A stretch of 64,000 nucleotides of DNA from Lophium mytilinum (Eukaryota), in the NCBI GenBank assembly GCA_010093605.1, contig MU004182.1, positions 2,279,195 to 2,343,194 of the forward strand, written 5' to 3'. Shown here piece after piece: positions 63,074-64,000 of the stretch. The first letter of the stretch is position 1. Every line of letters begins with the position of its first letter. The notes beneath the pieces were generated by a model. That model saw only the letters and a list, made by a program, of their open reading frames with translations. It was not told where the DNA came from and ran no database searches. The position numbers were made by a program, and so were the translations under genes.

Positions 63074-64000
63074 ATGTCACGCTCAAACGATGTCCGCTGT
63101 AATAATAACGTCCACGCTACCTTCGAAACCAAATTGGAAGACTCCCGTGCCCAGACCGAAATGTGGAAAGCGGCGTACCAGGAGTTACAAGAAAATTTCA
63201 TCCGAAACGATCAAAAACTCAAAGATACTCGGGATGAGCTCGATAAAGCGCTAGCTGTGAACGAACGTACGAAACAATCCGTTACCAAGATGCAAAAAGC
63301 CATGGACGATAAGGAGCTATTTCTAGGCCCTCAGATGACAGACGACGACATCCAGACTAAGTTCAAATCGCTTATTGGTTCCATCAAAACCTGGTCGTCC
63401 AGCTTCCTCGGTGACTACTCGAAGCCCAAGTTCAGTCAGGAGTCTGTCCTCGGATACGCACAGGTTCTTTCGCTTTGCCCTGAGGTCCGCTCCATCGAAA
63501 GTACTCTTGCTAACAAGAAAAATCGGCGCCTTTTCGTGCGAGGCTGGACTGCGTATGTCATGAGCGATCTGGTGTTTCGACATCCAGTACCAACGCCGGG
63601 TGGGGAAGGTCCCAAAAAAGTTGCATTTTCGGACCTATGGTTGGAAGAAAGTGACAGAAATAGTCTGCGCGAGTTGGAAAGTAGGCTCTTCTACGATAGT
63701 GAGTACGAAGCCCAAGGCCATCCGCGCATCTCTTCTTTAGGATGATGACAAAGACTAATCTAACACCGCCCAGAATCCTATCACCCTCACACGTTCAATG
63801 ACTGGCGCGCCTTCACCATAGAGCTCCTCTCCAAAACATACAGAGATAACGGCCTCACGGACAATGCCAGGACGCAGATTACCTCCGCGGCGCGGGAGAT
63901 CATGAGTCTCATCGGGGTCTGGGCAGCTCCCGAGCGGCATATCGAGCTCGAAAACAAACTCATATCCATTTTTGAAGATGCCATAAAGCTATCGCAGCTT
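63074..64000 (+). CDS. Hypothetical coiled-coil protein, partial (runs off the window; upstream exons in ~61.4-63.0 kb likely but unresolved); intron 63699-63773
   Basis: Coiled-coil stretch, then DDDIQTKFKSLIGSIKTWS and LFVRGWTAYVMSDLVF; after the intron FNDWRAFTIELL continues open to the window end. Confidence 0.6.

Overview
Genomic DNA from a filamentous ascomycete: short spliceosomal introns with CTRAC-like branch sites, and strong RIP-type C>T/G>A mutation in repeats. About 27 protein-coding genes are supported. They include QRI7-like, CCC1/VIT1, tyrosinase, a LaeA-like methyltransferase, pyruvate decarboxylase, a Ser/Thr kinase, MTQ2, SDH7/ACN9, PKR1, a GNAT, an MFS transporter, an EF-hand protein, AFI1/mesA, two tandem F-box genes, two tandem LRR-like paralogs and a thioesterase. 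Also present are a complete RIP-degraded 3.2-kb Mutator-like transposon (TIRs plus 9-bp TSD), a degenerate repeat relic at ~7.6-9.9 kb, and a Zn2Cys6 gene with a nonsense codon. The standout is a five-exon minus-strand gene (40875-44734, ~1150 aa by manual splicing) that the ORF track splits into pieces. It fuses three apparently borrowed regulator domains (a bZIP basic region, an AreA/NIT2-type GATA finger and a Whi3-type RRM) to an uncharacterised Cys-containing C-terminal domain with two terminal transmembrane helices, an architecture reminiscent of integrated-decoy receptors. All exon models were derived by eye and no database searches were run.
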